Position numbers and translations under genes: made by a program. The notes below the pieces were generated by a model, which made no database searches, was not told the DNA's origin, and saw only the letters and a program-made list of their open reading frames with translations. A DNA stretch of 64,000 nucleotides from assembly GCA_964486045.1 (NCBI GenBank), contig CAZALK010000011.1:64001-128000 (forward strand). The letters run 5' to 3'. Shown here one piece after another: positions 11,083-20,830 of the stretch (its first letter is position 1; the number at the start of each line of letters is the position of its first letter). The stretch comes from an uncultured archaeon (GTDB lineage Archaea > Asgardarchaeota > Lokiarchaeia > Sigyniarchaeales > SOKP01).

Positions 11083-12297
11083 TTAAAAAGAGGATTCTTT
11101 GCTTTTTCGACATAATTTAAGAAATTGAGGTATAATTTCAAATAAATCACCAATGATTCCAAAATCCGCTACTTTAAATATCGGGGCTTCAGGATCATTA
11201 TTTATTGCTATAATAATATCACTCGTTTGCATTCCAACTAAATGTTGAATTGCTCCACTAATACCTAGGGCAATATATAATTTAGGAGATACAGTTTTTC
11301 CTGATTGACCAACTTGAATTGGATATTTTGTCCAACCAAGTTCTACTAATGCTCGTGAGCTTGATACTGTTCCTTTTAGTTCCTGTGCAAGCTCGTAAAT
11401 TAATTTGATATTTTCCTTGCTTCCAATACCTCTTCCAACTGAAACTAAGATGTCTGTATTTTCAATATCTATTAATTCTGTTTTGGAACTAATTTCTTCA
11501 ATAATTTTTGTTCTAATACTTTGTTTTTCTAATTTTACGATTATTTTTTCAATAGAGCCTTTGTTGGGTTGTTTTGATTTAATTTCTGAAAAAGTATTTG
11601 GTCTAACTGTTGCCATCTGTGGTCTTGTATATGGAGATAATATGGAGGCCATTATATTACCCCCAAAAGCAGGGCGAGTTTGAACAAGTTGCTTTTGTTT
11701 GTTAATTGATAAACCAGTACAATCTGCTGTTAATCCCAAACTAAGTCTAGCTGCTATTCTAGGTGCTAATTCACGTCCCTTTATTGTTGCACCGTATAAT
11801 ACGATCGATGGTGTTTTATCTATTATTAATGAAGTAAGTACAGTTGTATATCCATCATTTGAAAACTCTTTTAAAAGTTCATGTTCACAGAGATACACAA
11901 TATCTGTACCATAATAAAATAGTTCATCGATTATTGCTGATATTCCTGGAAGTCCAAGAACAACCACAGAAATTTTTTCTTTAAGTTCTTTATTCAACTC
12001 TAAAGCTTTACTTAATAATTCGTACACTACTTTTTTAAACTGTAATTGTCCATTCTTATTTTCTGTTTCCCCCCATATCATAATCCCTTTAAATTTCTTA
12101 AGATCCTTAACGGATTTCATTATATGCTCTATACTAAGGGCTTTATATCTACAAATATTTACACAAGAACCGCATAATGTGCAATTATCAAGCACTTTAG
12201 CCTTTTTAGTATCTAAATCGATAATTATTGCTCCATAGGGGCATATTTGTTCGCAAATTTTGCATCCAATACAAGTTTCTTCATTAATTTGGAGTAT
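11083..12297 (-). CDS. etfA: Electron transfer flavoprotein alpha subunit with N-terminal 2x[4Fe-4S] domain; start extended to ATA 12297
   Basis: GLTADC, RPAFGG, QVGQSGKTVSPKLYIALGISGAIQH; in-frame upstream CIGCKICEQICP completes the ferredoxin pair with CTLCGSCVNIC. Confidence 0.9.
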   Translation of the reverse strand: MLQINEETCIGCKICEQICPYGAIIIDLDTKKAKVLDNCTLCGSCVNICRYKALSIEHIMKSVKDLKKFKGIMIWGETENKNGQLQFKKVVYELLSKALELNKELKEKISVVVLGLPGISAIIDELFYYGTDIVYLCEHELLKEFSNDGYTTVLTSLIIDKTPSIVLYGATIKGRELAPRIAARLSLGLTADCTGLSINKQKQLVQTRPAFGGNIMASILSPYTRPQMATVRPNTFSEIKSKQPNKGSIEKIIVKLEKQSIRTKIIEEISSKTELIDIENTDILVSVGRGIGSKENIKLIYELAQELKGTVSSSRALVELGWTKYPIQVGQSGKTVSPKLYIALGISGAIQHLVGMQTSDIIIAINNDPEAPIFKVADFGIIGDLFEIIPQFLKLCRKSKESSF

Positions 12298-12317
12298 TAG
12301 ATTTCCACCTTAGTTTA

Positions 12318-13118
12318 TTATAGAATCTTCTTTTTTTTAAGAAACATGAATAATTTTCGTGCAGCAATAATTGAATCACTTCCATCAATAACCTCACCTG
12401 CATCTTTATTAGGAGGACTAAAAATTTTGATCACCTGGGTGAACGAACCATTAAGACCAATTTTGTTTTCATCTATATTCAAAGATTTAGCACTAATAAT
12501 TTCTAACGGCTTTTTTCTCGCTTCCACAATCTCCATCATAGATGGCAATCTTCTAATAGAGGATGGTCCTTTACTTATCGTTACCAGTGCAGGCAACCTC
12601 ACTTCAATAACTTGATAACCTTTTTCAGTTTCTTTTTTGACATTAATTTTCTTATTATCAAATTTTATGTCAAAACCATAATATATATGAGGAATTCCTA
12701 AATTCTCAGCTAATTCAGCAGGTACCTGTGCGGTATCACCATCAATTGCTTGTTTCCCAGTTAAAATTAAATCAAAATCCTCAATTTTTTTTAAGATCCC
12801 TTCTTTTAATGCTAATGCTGTAGCCCAAACATCTGATCCTGCAAAAGCTCTATCTGATAAAATGTATGCCCTGTCAGCGCCTAATTCTAAGCAACGTAAA
12901 AGTGCATATTTTGCCTGAGGTGGGCCCATTGTAATAACAGTAATCTCGACTTTTAGATCAGGATTCTGATTTTTTAATTCCACTGCCATATCTAAAGCAT
13001 ATTCACAAAATGGATTTAAAATTGACTCGACTCCTTCTCTAATTAATGTACCTGTCTTAAGATTGACAGCTACTTTATTTGCCTCAGGAACCTGTTTAAT
13101 TGTTACAACAATTTTCAT
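12318..13118 (-). CDS. etfB: Electron transfer flavoprotein beta subunit
   Basis: MKIVVTIKQVP, TMGPPQA, GKQAIDGDTAQVP. Confidence 0.95.
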   Translation of the reverse strand: MKIVVTIKQVPEANKVAVNLKTGTLIREGVESILNPFCEYALDMAVELKNQNPDLKVEITVITMGPPQAKYALLRCLELGADRAYILSDRAFAGSDVWATALALKEGILKKIEDFDLILTGKQAIDGDTAQVPAELAENLGIPHIYYGFDIKFDNKKINVKKETEKGYQVIEVRLPALVTISKGPSSIRRLPSMMEIVEARKKPLEIISAKSLNIDENKIGLNGSFTQVIKIFSPPNKDAGEVIDGSDSIIAARKLFMFLKKKKIL

Positions 13119-13121
13119 AAT

Positions 13122-14768
13122 TTATTCCGTCTCAGCGTTAAACTTAACTATATTCCCATAATTTAAAATTAATGATGGATCTAAACTTTTTTTTATCGAA
13201 CGCATTTCATCAAGATCTTTCTGACTATACATAATTTTCAAATAGTCTGTTTTGATCTTCCCAATTCCATGTTCTGCAGATATGCTTCCACCATATTCTA
13301 CTGCTTTTCTTGAAAATCTTTCGTAGATTTCCTCCCCTAATTGTAATTCTTTCATATTTTTTGGGAGAATATTAACATGTACGTGATTTTCTCCAATATG
13401 GCCAAAAATGACATATTCTAGATTGGCATTTCGCAAAACAGTATGATAATATTTCATTATTTGTCTGAAATGTTTTCCTGGTACGCATATATCCGTTCCG
13501 AGCTTATGTAATTGTGAAAATTGTTGTTTACGTGTAGCAATTATTGCATTTACATTTTCAGGTAATGCATGTCGAAAATGTGTAAGTCGGGTAACTTCAC
13601 GATTTTCATAGCCTGACCAGCTATTTGACAGACTAGTGTTACATATTTTTGATATTTTATTTATCTCACCGAAAATAATATCAATTTTCTCTTCAGAATA
13701 TGGTACATCAAAAAATATAGCTGATTTTGCATATATTGGAATTTGAGGTATATTTAATGAACTAAATTCTTTTTTTTGAACCTTTTTCAACAGATTTAAT
13801 GCTTCACTAGAAAAAAATTCAATGAATTCTGGGGATATAGTTCTATTATTCCGGATTTGTTCAACAAAGCTTATTGAATCTTCTTCGGTGTCAAAGAATA
13901 AGACGTTAGAAATTAACTGTTTCTTCTTAATAATCCAAATATCAATCTGTGTAATGATTCCTAAAATTCCCTCACTGCCAATAAATAGATCAATTAAATC
14001 CATATTAGGTTTGGAATAAATTCCCGCTGCATTTTTCACTGAAGTGTTGAATATATAATTTGGGATCGTAAAATGCAATATTTCTCCGTTTGGTTTTTTA
14101 ACTATAAAACTTCCTTCTTTTGAAGCAAAATATTCACCACGTTGAATATCTAAAATATCACCAGAAGATAATAAAACTCTTAGTCCTTTAATCCATTTTC
14201 TTGTTGGACCATACTTCAAGGTTCTTGCTCCGGAGGCATTTGTTGCTAGCGTTCCCCCTATTGTTGCGGACATTTCTGTTGGATCAACGGGATAATGAAA
14301 TGGTTCTCTTATCTCTTTAAAGTTTCCAATTGCTTCGGGAGTTAATTCTGGGATATTATCAAGTTCCTTCTTCCTCAATTTATTATTAATTTCATTTAAA
14401 GTGATTCCTGGTTCAAGACGAATGAAATAGTTATTTTTGTTCTTATCATAACCAAATCCAATAAAATTATTCATTTTCTCGAGGGATAAAACAGACCCAG
14501 AAGTTGGAACACACGCACCAACAATTCCTGTACGCGCCGCACTGACATAAGTTCGAATTTTATTTTTGCGCAAGAAATCTAATATTGAAACTATTTCTGC
14601 TTCAGATTTTGGAAAAAATAACCAATCCGCAGTCCCACTTAATTTACTTTCATCCATAAGATATGATGAAAAATTGATAGAAATTTCATCTTTTCCACGG
14701 ACACAATTAATCTCTTTAAATTGAATCTCTTCAGTGGTTTTTTCTGAATTTATAATATGATTAGACAT
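13122..14768 (-). CDS. FAD-binding oxidoreductase, GlcD/D-lactate dehydrogenase family
   Basis: DPTEMSATIGG.LATNASG, FIGSEG.LG.IT, FGHIGENHVH, SAEHGIG; co-directional with etfBA. Confidence 0.85.
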   Translation of the reverse strand: MSNHIINSEKTTEEIQFKEINCVRGKDEISINFSSYLMDESKLSGTADWLFFPKSEAEIVSILDFLRKNKIRTYVSAARTGIVGACVPTSGSVLSLEKMNNFIGFGYDKNKNNYFIRLEPGITLNEINNKLRKKELDNIPELTPEAIGNFKEIREPFHYPVDPTEMSATIGGTLATNASGARTLKYGPTRKWIKGLRVLLSSGDILDIQRGEYFASKEGSFIVKKPNGEILHFTIPNYIFNTSVKNAAGIYSKPNMDLIDLFIGSEGILGIITQIDIWIIKKKQLISNVLFFDTEEDSISFVEQIRNNRTISPEFIEFFSSEALNLLKKVQKKEFSSLNIPQIPIYAKSAIFFDVPYSEEKIDIIFGEINKISKICNTSLSNSWSGYENREVTRLTHFRHALPENVNAIIATRKQQFSQLHKLGTDICVPGKHFRQIMKYYHTVLRNANLEYVIFGHIGENHVHVNILPKNMKELQLGEEIYERFSRKAVEYGGSISAEHGIGKIKTDYLKIMYSQKDLDEMRSIKKSLDPSLILNYGNIVKFNAETE

Positions 14769-14960
14769 ATTAAAAAAGATATATCTTTTAGAAAGTTAAA
14801 ATATGATCATAGAATAAATTTATGACTAAATTGAATTATTACAAATCCTTAGGGTGCATGTGGATCTTTTTGAATCAAAGAGAATAAATTTACTCTCTTT
14901 TTTTCATATTTCCAATTTAACTATTAATTTCAGAGATTGATTTAGTAATAAAAAAAATCA

Positions 14961-15173
14961 AATAAAGTCGCTAATACAAATGATACCAAACCATTTTGGA
15001 ATGATGGGGATGATATAGCACTAAAAATCTCTGTTCTAGCTCCTAGTATTAATCAATTTTTTGGAAGTACCGCCCCAGACTTTACTATCTTAATTACAGA
15101 TTTAAATCTTAATTACATGAAAGTTTTATCACTTCATTACTCTTCTTTAGAATTTTGCTGGAATTTTGAATAA
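14961..15173 (+). pseudogene. Remnant of a surface protein (end of a NosD-like region plus start of an Ig-like repeat)
   Basis: Startless frame reads DTKPFWNDGDDIALKISVLAPSINQFFGSTAPDFTILITDLNLNYM, resembling Ig-like repeats of Lokiarchaeia surface proteins. Confidence 0.45.
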
Positions 15174-15416
15174 GAAAGACATGCCAAAATAAAAAATGCT
15201 TAATTTGTTGAAACAAAGGATTTATAATAATTTACAAACAGGATCTCACACAGTATTAATAAAATTGAGTAGTAATTTAAATATGGAATAAGGAGGATTT
15301 GGCTAAGATAATTGGCTTTTAGAGGAGCCCTAACTTAACCAAATTACCCCCATTCTCAAGGTAGTTTTATTTGAACCAAATTTTCAATAAAAACAACCAA
15401 AAGAATCATGAATATT

Positions 15417-16313
15417 TTATTTAATTACATAAACTAATTTTTCCCCTTCTTCCTCTCTCAGGTTCAATTCTCTTCTTATAGCATTTCTAATTAAGTACCC
15501 ACCTACATGAAGTATTGAATCTTTTAACATTGAATCTTGATCCATTGAAGCATTACAAGGATAAGCATGATGAGCTTTGCTTATTCTTTCATTAAGTGAA
15601 ATATCTCGGCTTTCACCATTCTCAAAATATTTAGCCTTTAGCTGCTGACAAACATAGTAGCTACTTCCACATGGAGCAGATTGTAGAATGCAGCTATCTT
15701 CTATAGACTTTCCATCTTTACTAAGTAAGAAAGAGACTCTTGGAACTCCAATTTTAAAGTAATCAATGAATTCATAAATGAAGTTATGTTCTTTTGACAG
15801 ATGAAACCCTACTTTGTTGTGTTCATTTAAATCTCTACTTAAGGAGCAAAATGGCTTAGGAAATGCTGCTTGTATTCCATATTTTTCAAATTCTTCTAAA
15901 ACTTGAACTTGGAGTCCTGCTGGGACCCATTTAGGATTTTCTATAGGAACAATAACAGCCCGCACCCCATCCCTGTCTTTTAGATAAAAAGGGAGACCAG
16001 ACAACAAATCTTGATGAATACCTACTACCAAGATAAAATCTACGGGAGGAAGATTCTTTGGTAAATACTTTTCAGGTTCTTCAACAAATTCAGGGATATT
16101 CTCACCCACTTTTTCATAGAAATAAATTGCGCTTGAAAAACTTTTTAAATGTTCACGGCATTTATCACATTTTACGTTCTGTTCTAGATTTTCACATGCT
16201 TTACAGAATTCCTCATTATTTATAAGATTCCCAGCAAATTTTTGTGCTAACATTTCAGTATCGGGTTCAGTGCCATACAGAATTCCTATTTTATAATTTT
16301 TATCGGTCACCAT
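15417..16313 (-). CDS. DUF166-family protein
   Basis: PEFVEEPEKYLP, GIHQDL, FPKPFCSL, FKIG.P, SAPCGSS..V, HHAYPC.ASM..D....LH.GG. Confidence 0.75.
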   Translation of the reverse strand: MVTDKNYKIGILYGTEPDTEMLAQKFAGNLINNEEFCKACENLEQNVKCDKCREHLKSFSSAIYFYEKVGENIPEFVEEPEKYLPKNLPPVDFILVVGIHQDLLSGLPFYLKDRDGVRAVIVPIENPKWVPAGLQVQVLEEFEKYGIQAAFPKPFCSLSRDLNEHNKVGFHLSKEHNFIYEFIDYFKIGVPRVSFLLSKDGKSIEDSCILQSAPCGSSYYVCQQLKAKYFENGESRDISLNERISKAHHAYPCNASMDQDSMLKDSILHVGGYLIRNAIRRELNLREEEGEKLVYVIK

Positions 16314-16378
16314 TAGAACAAAACTTATTAGAGTTTTTATTTGTATTTTTAATATTTTATAAAGAATTTAATCCTTTA

Positions 16379-16392
16379 GCTGAACATGTTCA
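16379..16392. repeat. Palindromic repeat GCTGAACATGTTCA, left copy
   Basis: Identical 14-mer at 17606-17619; the pair flanks the methyltransferase gene. Confidence 0.7.
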
Positions 16393-16535
16393 ATTTCAAG
16401 ATTTTGAAAGATTGAAGGTTAGTCCATAGCTCTCAAATTTAAAACCATTTTTCCTACTCACTGACTTTTGAAACATATTTAAATTATTAATTTTATGTTT
16501 ATGTTGATACTATATTATATTGCTATGCGAAAAAA

Positions 16536-17567
16536 ATGCAATGGGAGATGATAATTGAAAAAAAATCTATTACTCCGGATCCAGAAATAATTAACAGATT
16601 AGCGAAATCCGTATACCCTTCTTTCACCTTTTTAACAAGCATGCAGCTAAACGTATTCTCAGTATTGGAGGATAGTGCCAAGACCCCACAAGAAGTAGCA
16701 GAAGTTTTGAATGTTGAAAAAAAACATATTGAACGACTTCTATATGCTTTAGTCTCCATTGGGTTATTAAAAATAGAAAAAAACCAATTTGCCAACTCAA
16801 TTGAAGCAAGCTGTTATCTAGTCCCCGGTAAGCCTTCTTACATGGGGAATAACACTTGGATTAATCCTTACCTCAATTACTATATCTGGGGATCAGCTGT
16901 AAAAACCGCAGAAACAATTCACACAGGAACTCCCCTAGAAAAGTTCGATTATGCGGGAGCATCTGAGGAACAATTAGAAGAACTATTCCGAAGTACTCGT
17001 CCAATAGCCTATAAAGCAGGAGAAGAATTAGCTATAAAATATGATTTTTCGCAATACCAGTCATTTGTAGATGTTGGTGGAGCCTCAGGAGGACTCGCCG
17101 TCGCTGTAAGTGATATTTATCCACATTTGAGGATTACGGTTGTCGACCTTCCTTCAGTTAGTCCTGTTGCTAAACACCTCATAGAAACAGAGGGGGCAAA
17201 TGATAGAGTCCATGTTATGAAGGTTAATATTGTGAAAAATCCCCTGCCAGAGTCATACGACATAGCTGTACTGAGAGCACTTATTCAGGTGCTGTCACCT
17301 GAACATGCCCGTCATGCAATTATCAACCTGGCTACTTCTATTAATTCTAAAGGTAGAATTTTCATTCTTGGTCATTTCATGGATAATTCGAAAACATCAC
17401 CTTTAGAAGAGGTTATATGGTTTCTAAACAATCTAAATTGGGATGATGAGGCTGGTTTCTATACGGAGGATAATCACATAAGCTGGTTGAAAGAAGCTGG
17501 GTTTGTGGATATTAAAAGAGAAATTTTACCCAATGGTGATGGCGTTATCCACGCGATTAAACCTTAG
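16536..17567 (+). CDS. SAM-dependent O-methyltransferase (Methyltransf_2 with N-terminal dimerisation wHTH)
   Basis: VDVGGASG, VVDLP.V, WLKEAGF; N-terminal HTH-like domain. Confidence 0.85.
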   Translation: MQWEMIIEKKSITPDPEIINRLAKSVYPSFTFLTSMQLNVFSVLEDSAKTPQEVAEVLNVEKKHIERLLYALVSIGLLKIEKNQFANSIEASCYLVPGKPSYMGNNTWINPYLNYYIWGSAVKTAETIHTGTPLEKFDYAGASEEQLEELFRSTRPIAYKAGEELAIKYDFSQYQSFVDVGGASGGLAVAVSDIYPHLRITVVDLPSVSPVAKHLIETEGANDRVHVMKVNIVKNPLPESYDIAVLRALIQVLSPEHARHAIINLATSINSKGRIFILGHFMDNSKTSPLEEVIWFLNNLNWDDEAGFYTEDNHISWLKEAGFVDIKREILPNGDGVIHAIKP

Positions 17568-17605
17568 ATCTATTTTTAATAAAATATAAAACTTTTAACA
17601 ATAAC

Positions 17606-17620
17606 GCTGAACATGTTCAG
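17606..17620. repeat. Palindromic repeat GCTGAACATGTTCAG, right copy
   Basis: CTGAACATGTTCAG is a perfect palindrome; duplicate at 16379. Confidence 0.7.
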
Positions 17621-17742
17621 TTTTTTTTAAAATTCCTTATCATCAGTTATTCAAGAAAAAAATTGCTATAGTAAAAATATTTAACAGCAAAATAATATTT
17701 TATAAGAAAAGATTTTCAATTAATTAGATATATTAGATATAT

Positions 17743-18402
17743 ATGATAGATTCTAAGGACGCAAGTGAAAAAGGGTTGTATAAAGATATCCTTGCTGTAT
17801 GTCCTACATGTAAATCAAAAAAGGAGTTGAAGATTCCCACCAAAATTATAAATCAGAGTAAACAATTAACAACTGTTTCTATCCCTTCAGGAACCGTATG
17901 TGAACACAGTTTTCAATCTTTTGTAGATAAGAACTTTGTAGTAAGGGGATATCAAAAAGTCGACTTTGAATTCGCGAAGATGGAATTTTATGAAGGAGGA
18001 GGGGAACTCGCTGAGTCTGAACCGGATGATCAAGCGTCTCAAATAATTTCACAGCCATTATTCCAAGAGATAGTTAATCTTTTAAGAAGTTATGTCGATG
18101 ATAAAGAGATTTTAGGGAGTGGGATGTTTACTGTTGAAGGACATGTACTATATTCCTCACTTCCAAGCAATACACTCTTTTCAATAACAAAAGAATTTGA
18201 AGTTAGAAGTGAGAAGAAGTTAAGTAGCTTAAAAAAGATGTATTTAGAGTTGGAAAATAATCAAAAAATTTGTTCAAATTACATTGAGTTTCAAGATAGG
18301 AGGTTTGCTTTAGTATTATTTTTCTCTCAATTAGTAAAGTTAGGAATGGGCAACTTATACCTTAATGATTTAGTTAAGAAAATTAAGAAATTAGAGGGTT
18401 AA
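17743..18402 (+). CDS. Zn-ribbon + roadblock/longin-like domain protein
   Basis: CPTC...CEH N-terminal zinc site; C-terminal ILGSGMFTVEGHVLYSSLP alpha/beta pattern. Confidence 0.55.
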   Translation: MIDSKDASEKGLYKDILAVCPTCKSKKELKIPTKIINQSKQLTTVSIPSGTVCEHSFQSFVDKNFVVRGYQKVDFEFAKMEFYEGGGELAESEPDDQASQIISQPLFQEIVNLLRSYVDDKEILGSGMFTVEGHVLYSSLPSNTLFSITKEFEVRSEKKLSSLKKMYLELENNQKICSNYIEFQDRRFALVLFFSQLVKLGMGNLYLNDLVKKIKKLEG

Positions 18403-18851
18403 TTCTCAAATTTAATCGGTTTTATTGCTTTTTCAGGACATAGTGCTTCACATCTTAAACATCCTTGACATTTAGCTATTTCTCTAAACGCAAATCTAAT
18501 CCCTTCTACTTCTTGATTTCCTTTGTTTTTTACAATGCCTTTATAAAAAAGATTTTTTAGGCAAAAATTACCACTTTTATCATGGCATTCTTCGCACATT
18601 GAACATTTTTCATGATCGATTTTGATACTAACTATTTGATTTTCAAATTCAATTGATGTAACTTCTACAGCATTCCTAGGACAGACTTGAACACAATTTA
18701 AACATGCTTTACACTTAGTATAATCAATTAACCTAACACTATGCTTAAAATATCTTGCTTGAGCTTTGCATGCTCGTAGGCACCATTCACACCTTAAACA
18801 TAATTCTTGATTTATCTGAACCGGAACGATTTTTTCTTTAATTTTTATCAA
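18399..18851 (-). CDS. Polyferredoxin-like 4Fe-4S protein
   Basis: Four CxxCxxC(xxxC) clusters. Confidence 0.85.
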   Translation of the reverse strand: MIKIKEKIVPVQINQELCLRCEWCLRACKAQARYFKHSVRLIDYTKCKACLNCVQVCPRNAVEVTSIEFENQIVSIKIDHEKCSMCEECHDKSGNFCLKNLFYKGIVKNKGNQEVEGIRFAFREIAKCQGCLRCEALCPEKAIKPIKFEN

Positions 18852-19048
18852 AATCTACCACATGCTTGAATTAAATATTCGATATCTTGGAGAGGAATAA
18901 ATCTTATGCAAATAGGGCAAAATAGGTCAATAACTGCTGTACTATGTTTATTATAATTTATAATTTTGCAGTATTCTCTCCAACTTTGGTTTTTAGATAA
19001 AAAATAGTTTAATAAAAAAATAATTATAAAAAATTGAAAAAAAATGCC

Positions 19049-19780
19049 CTATTGAAAATATTGAGTGTATTCTTTACCAGTGCCTGGTAATTGTTGTTGT
19101 TGTTGATATTGTTGCGCTTTTTGAGCAAGTTCTAGCATTTTTGCTTTAATATCTTTACCTTGTTCAATAAGTTCTGAGGTCTTAATCTCTAAGTTATAAA
19201 TTTTGTTGAGAACTTCAAGAATGCTAGCTGCACCCTCTGGTGTTGGTATTTCAAGAACAGGAGTGAATAAAGCATAAGCTTGCAGTCTGTTTGTTAGTGC
19301 TTCGTTTAATACTGTAGCTTCTGGTCCAACTATTATGCCCCTATCGAGTTTGCTAATGCCAAATTTTTCAAGAGACTCCATCATTGCCTTTTCAGCGGCG
19401 TAATAAACAGGATATTCATCAATGATTCCCCGTTGCGGCATACCTTGGAAAATTACGATTTCCTTTGCCTTAACATCCTCAGATAAAGCCCAATTACATA
19501 GAGTTCTTGACAAGTCATTGTAGGCTGATGGAATTTGAAAAGGAACCTCACAGATACCAATAATCAAGTTATTCAGCGGAGAATAAAGAAGTCTAAAAGG
19601 ATGTTTTAAAACTCCTGAATAGAAAACACTTATTGGAGGAAGATATTCACTAGTTACAAATCCAATTTCTTGAACATCCGTTAATTGCTTTATTAGAGTA
19701 TTGGCAACAATAGGACCAATTAGACCGATCCCTGCAAAACCTAAGATAAATGATGCTCCTTCCTTTATATCAACAGACAA
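19049..19780 (-). CDS. PAC2-family proteasome assembly chaperone; may extend to TTG 19875 via a candidate intron
   Basis: ILGFAGIGLIGPIVA..L, LPP..V...G....PFRL, PTPEGAA..LE.L. Confidence 0.85.
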   Translation of the reverse strand: MSVDIKEGASFILGFAGIGLIGPIVANTLIKQLTDVQEIGFVTSEYLPPISVFYSGVLKHPFRLLYSPLNNLIIGICEVPFQIPSAYNDLSRTLCNWALSEDVKAKEIVIFQGMPQRGIIDEYPVYYAAEKAMMESLEKFGISKLDRGIIVGPEATVLNEALTNRLQAYALFTPVLEIPTPEGAASILEVLNKIYNLEIKTSELIEQGKDIKAKMLELAQKAQQYQQQQQLPGTGKEYTQYFQ

Positions 19781-20110
19781 ATTGTCAATTACAACGGAAC
19801 TTTTTTTGCCTTAAACCTCTATGGTGAAATACCAGATTGTAGAGTTTTTTTACAAATATATTCCTTTTTATCCAATGTAATCACATCTCTTTGTTAATTT
19901 TTTGCTTTTTAATCACTTTAATTTATTTGTAGTATATTTGATATTAGAATTCTACCATATTAATATTAATTCTATTTTTTAAAATATCTACGGATTTTCA
20001 TTTACAAGTTAATAGTTCTATATCTTTATCTTTTATTGTTTTTTTCTTTAAAGAAGCTGTTAATAAATCTTATATGAAATTATACATTAAGCAAAAATAA
20101 AAATTATATC

Positions 20111-20635
20111 GTGAAAATCATGGAGAAAAAAGATTTGAATGAGGGAGATGAAGCCCCGCTGTTTAAGTTAGAATCGTATAATGCCGAGACAATTGATTTG
20201 GCAGAATTTAAGGGACAAAAAGTTGTTTTAATTTTCTCTAGATATTGGGGTTGCCCAATTTGTCAGATTGATTTCAAAATTTTGATGGATCGTAAATCTG
20301 AGATTGAAGATAAGGGAGCAAAGATTTTATACATTACTCAATCAAGTGAAAAAGTAGCAAAAGAATATATTGAAAAGGAGAATATTAACTTTCCCGTTAT
20401 ACCAAGTTCTAAGGATGAATTATATGCAGAGTATGGATTAGGATTGATGAATCCGGAAACTGTTAAACAAATTCCACTTAAATTAAAAGATGTAATGAAA
20501 TATGGCTTTAAACATGGAGAATATGAAGGTTGGGAGAAACAAGGACCGGGGCAATTCGTTATAGATGAGCAAGGTATAATAATTCATACTTTAAAAGGAT
20601 GGCTTGACATTGATAGCTTAATTTCAGTGTTCTAG
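20111..20635 (+). CDS. AhpC/TSA peroxiredoxin-like redoxin
   Basis: GDEAPLF.L, FSRYWGCPIC, PGQFVID..G.I. Confidence 0.8.
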   Translation: MKIMEKKDLNEGDEAPLFKLESYNAETIDLAEFKGQKVVLIFSRYWGCPICQIDFKILMDRKSEIEDKGAKILYITQSSEKVAKEYIEKENINFPVIPSSKDELYAEYGLGLMNPETVKQIPLKLKDVMKYGFKHGEYEGWEKQGPGQFVIDEQGIIIHTLKGWLDIDSLISVF

Positions 20636-20830
20636 TTTTTGGGAAGAAAATATTACTTTTTTTTATTTTCTGGTTCTATATTATTTTTTATGAAGATATT
20701 ACCGGGATATCACTTAATTTCAAAAGAAAAATCATATGTCTTTAGTATATATGTGGATATTTCTCAGCTAATATGAGGTATTCACGATGAATTGAATGAA
20801 TCATATTAAAAACAATAAAAAAATAAGAGA

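Noticed and set aside
18848-19000. ~50-codon frame (..WREYCKII...FCPICIRF...ACGRF*) ending over the ferredoxin start
   Set aside because: No start codon found and no recognisable family; possible but unsupported
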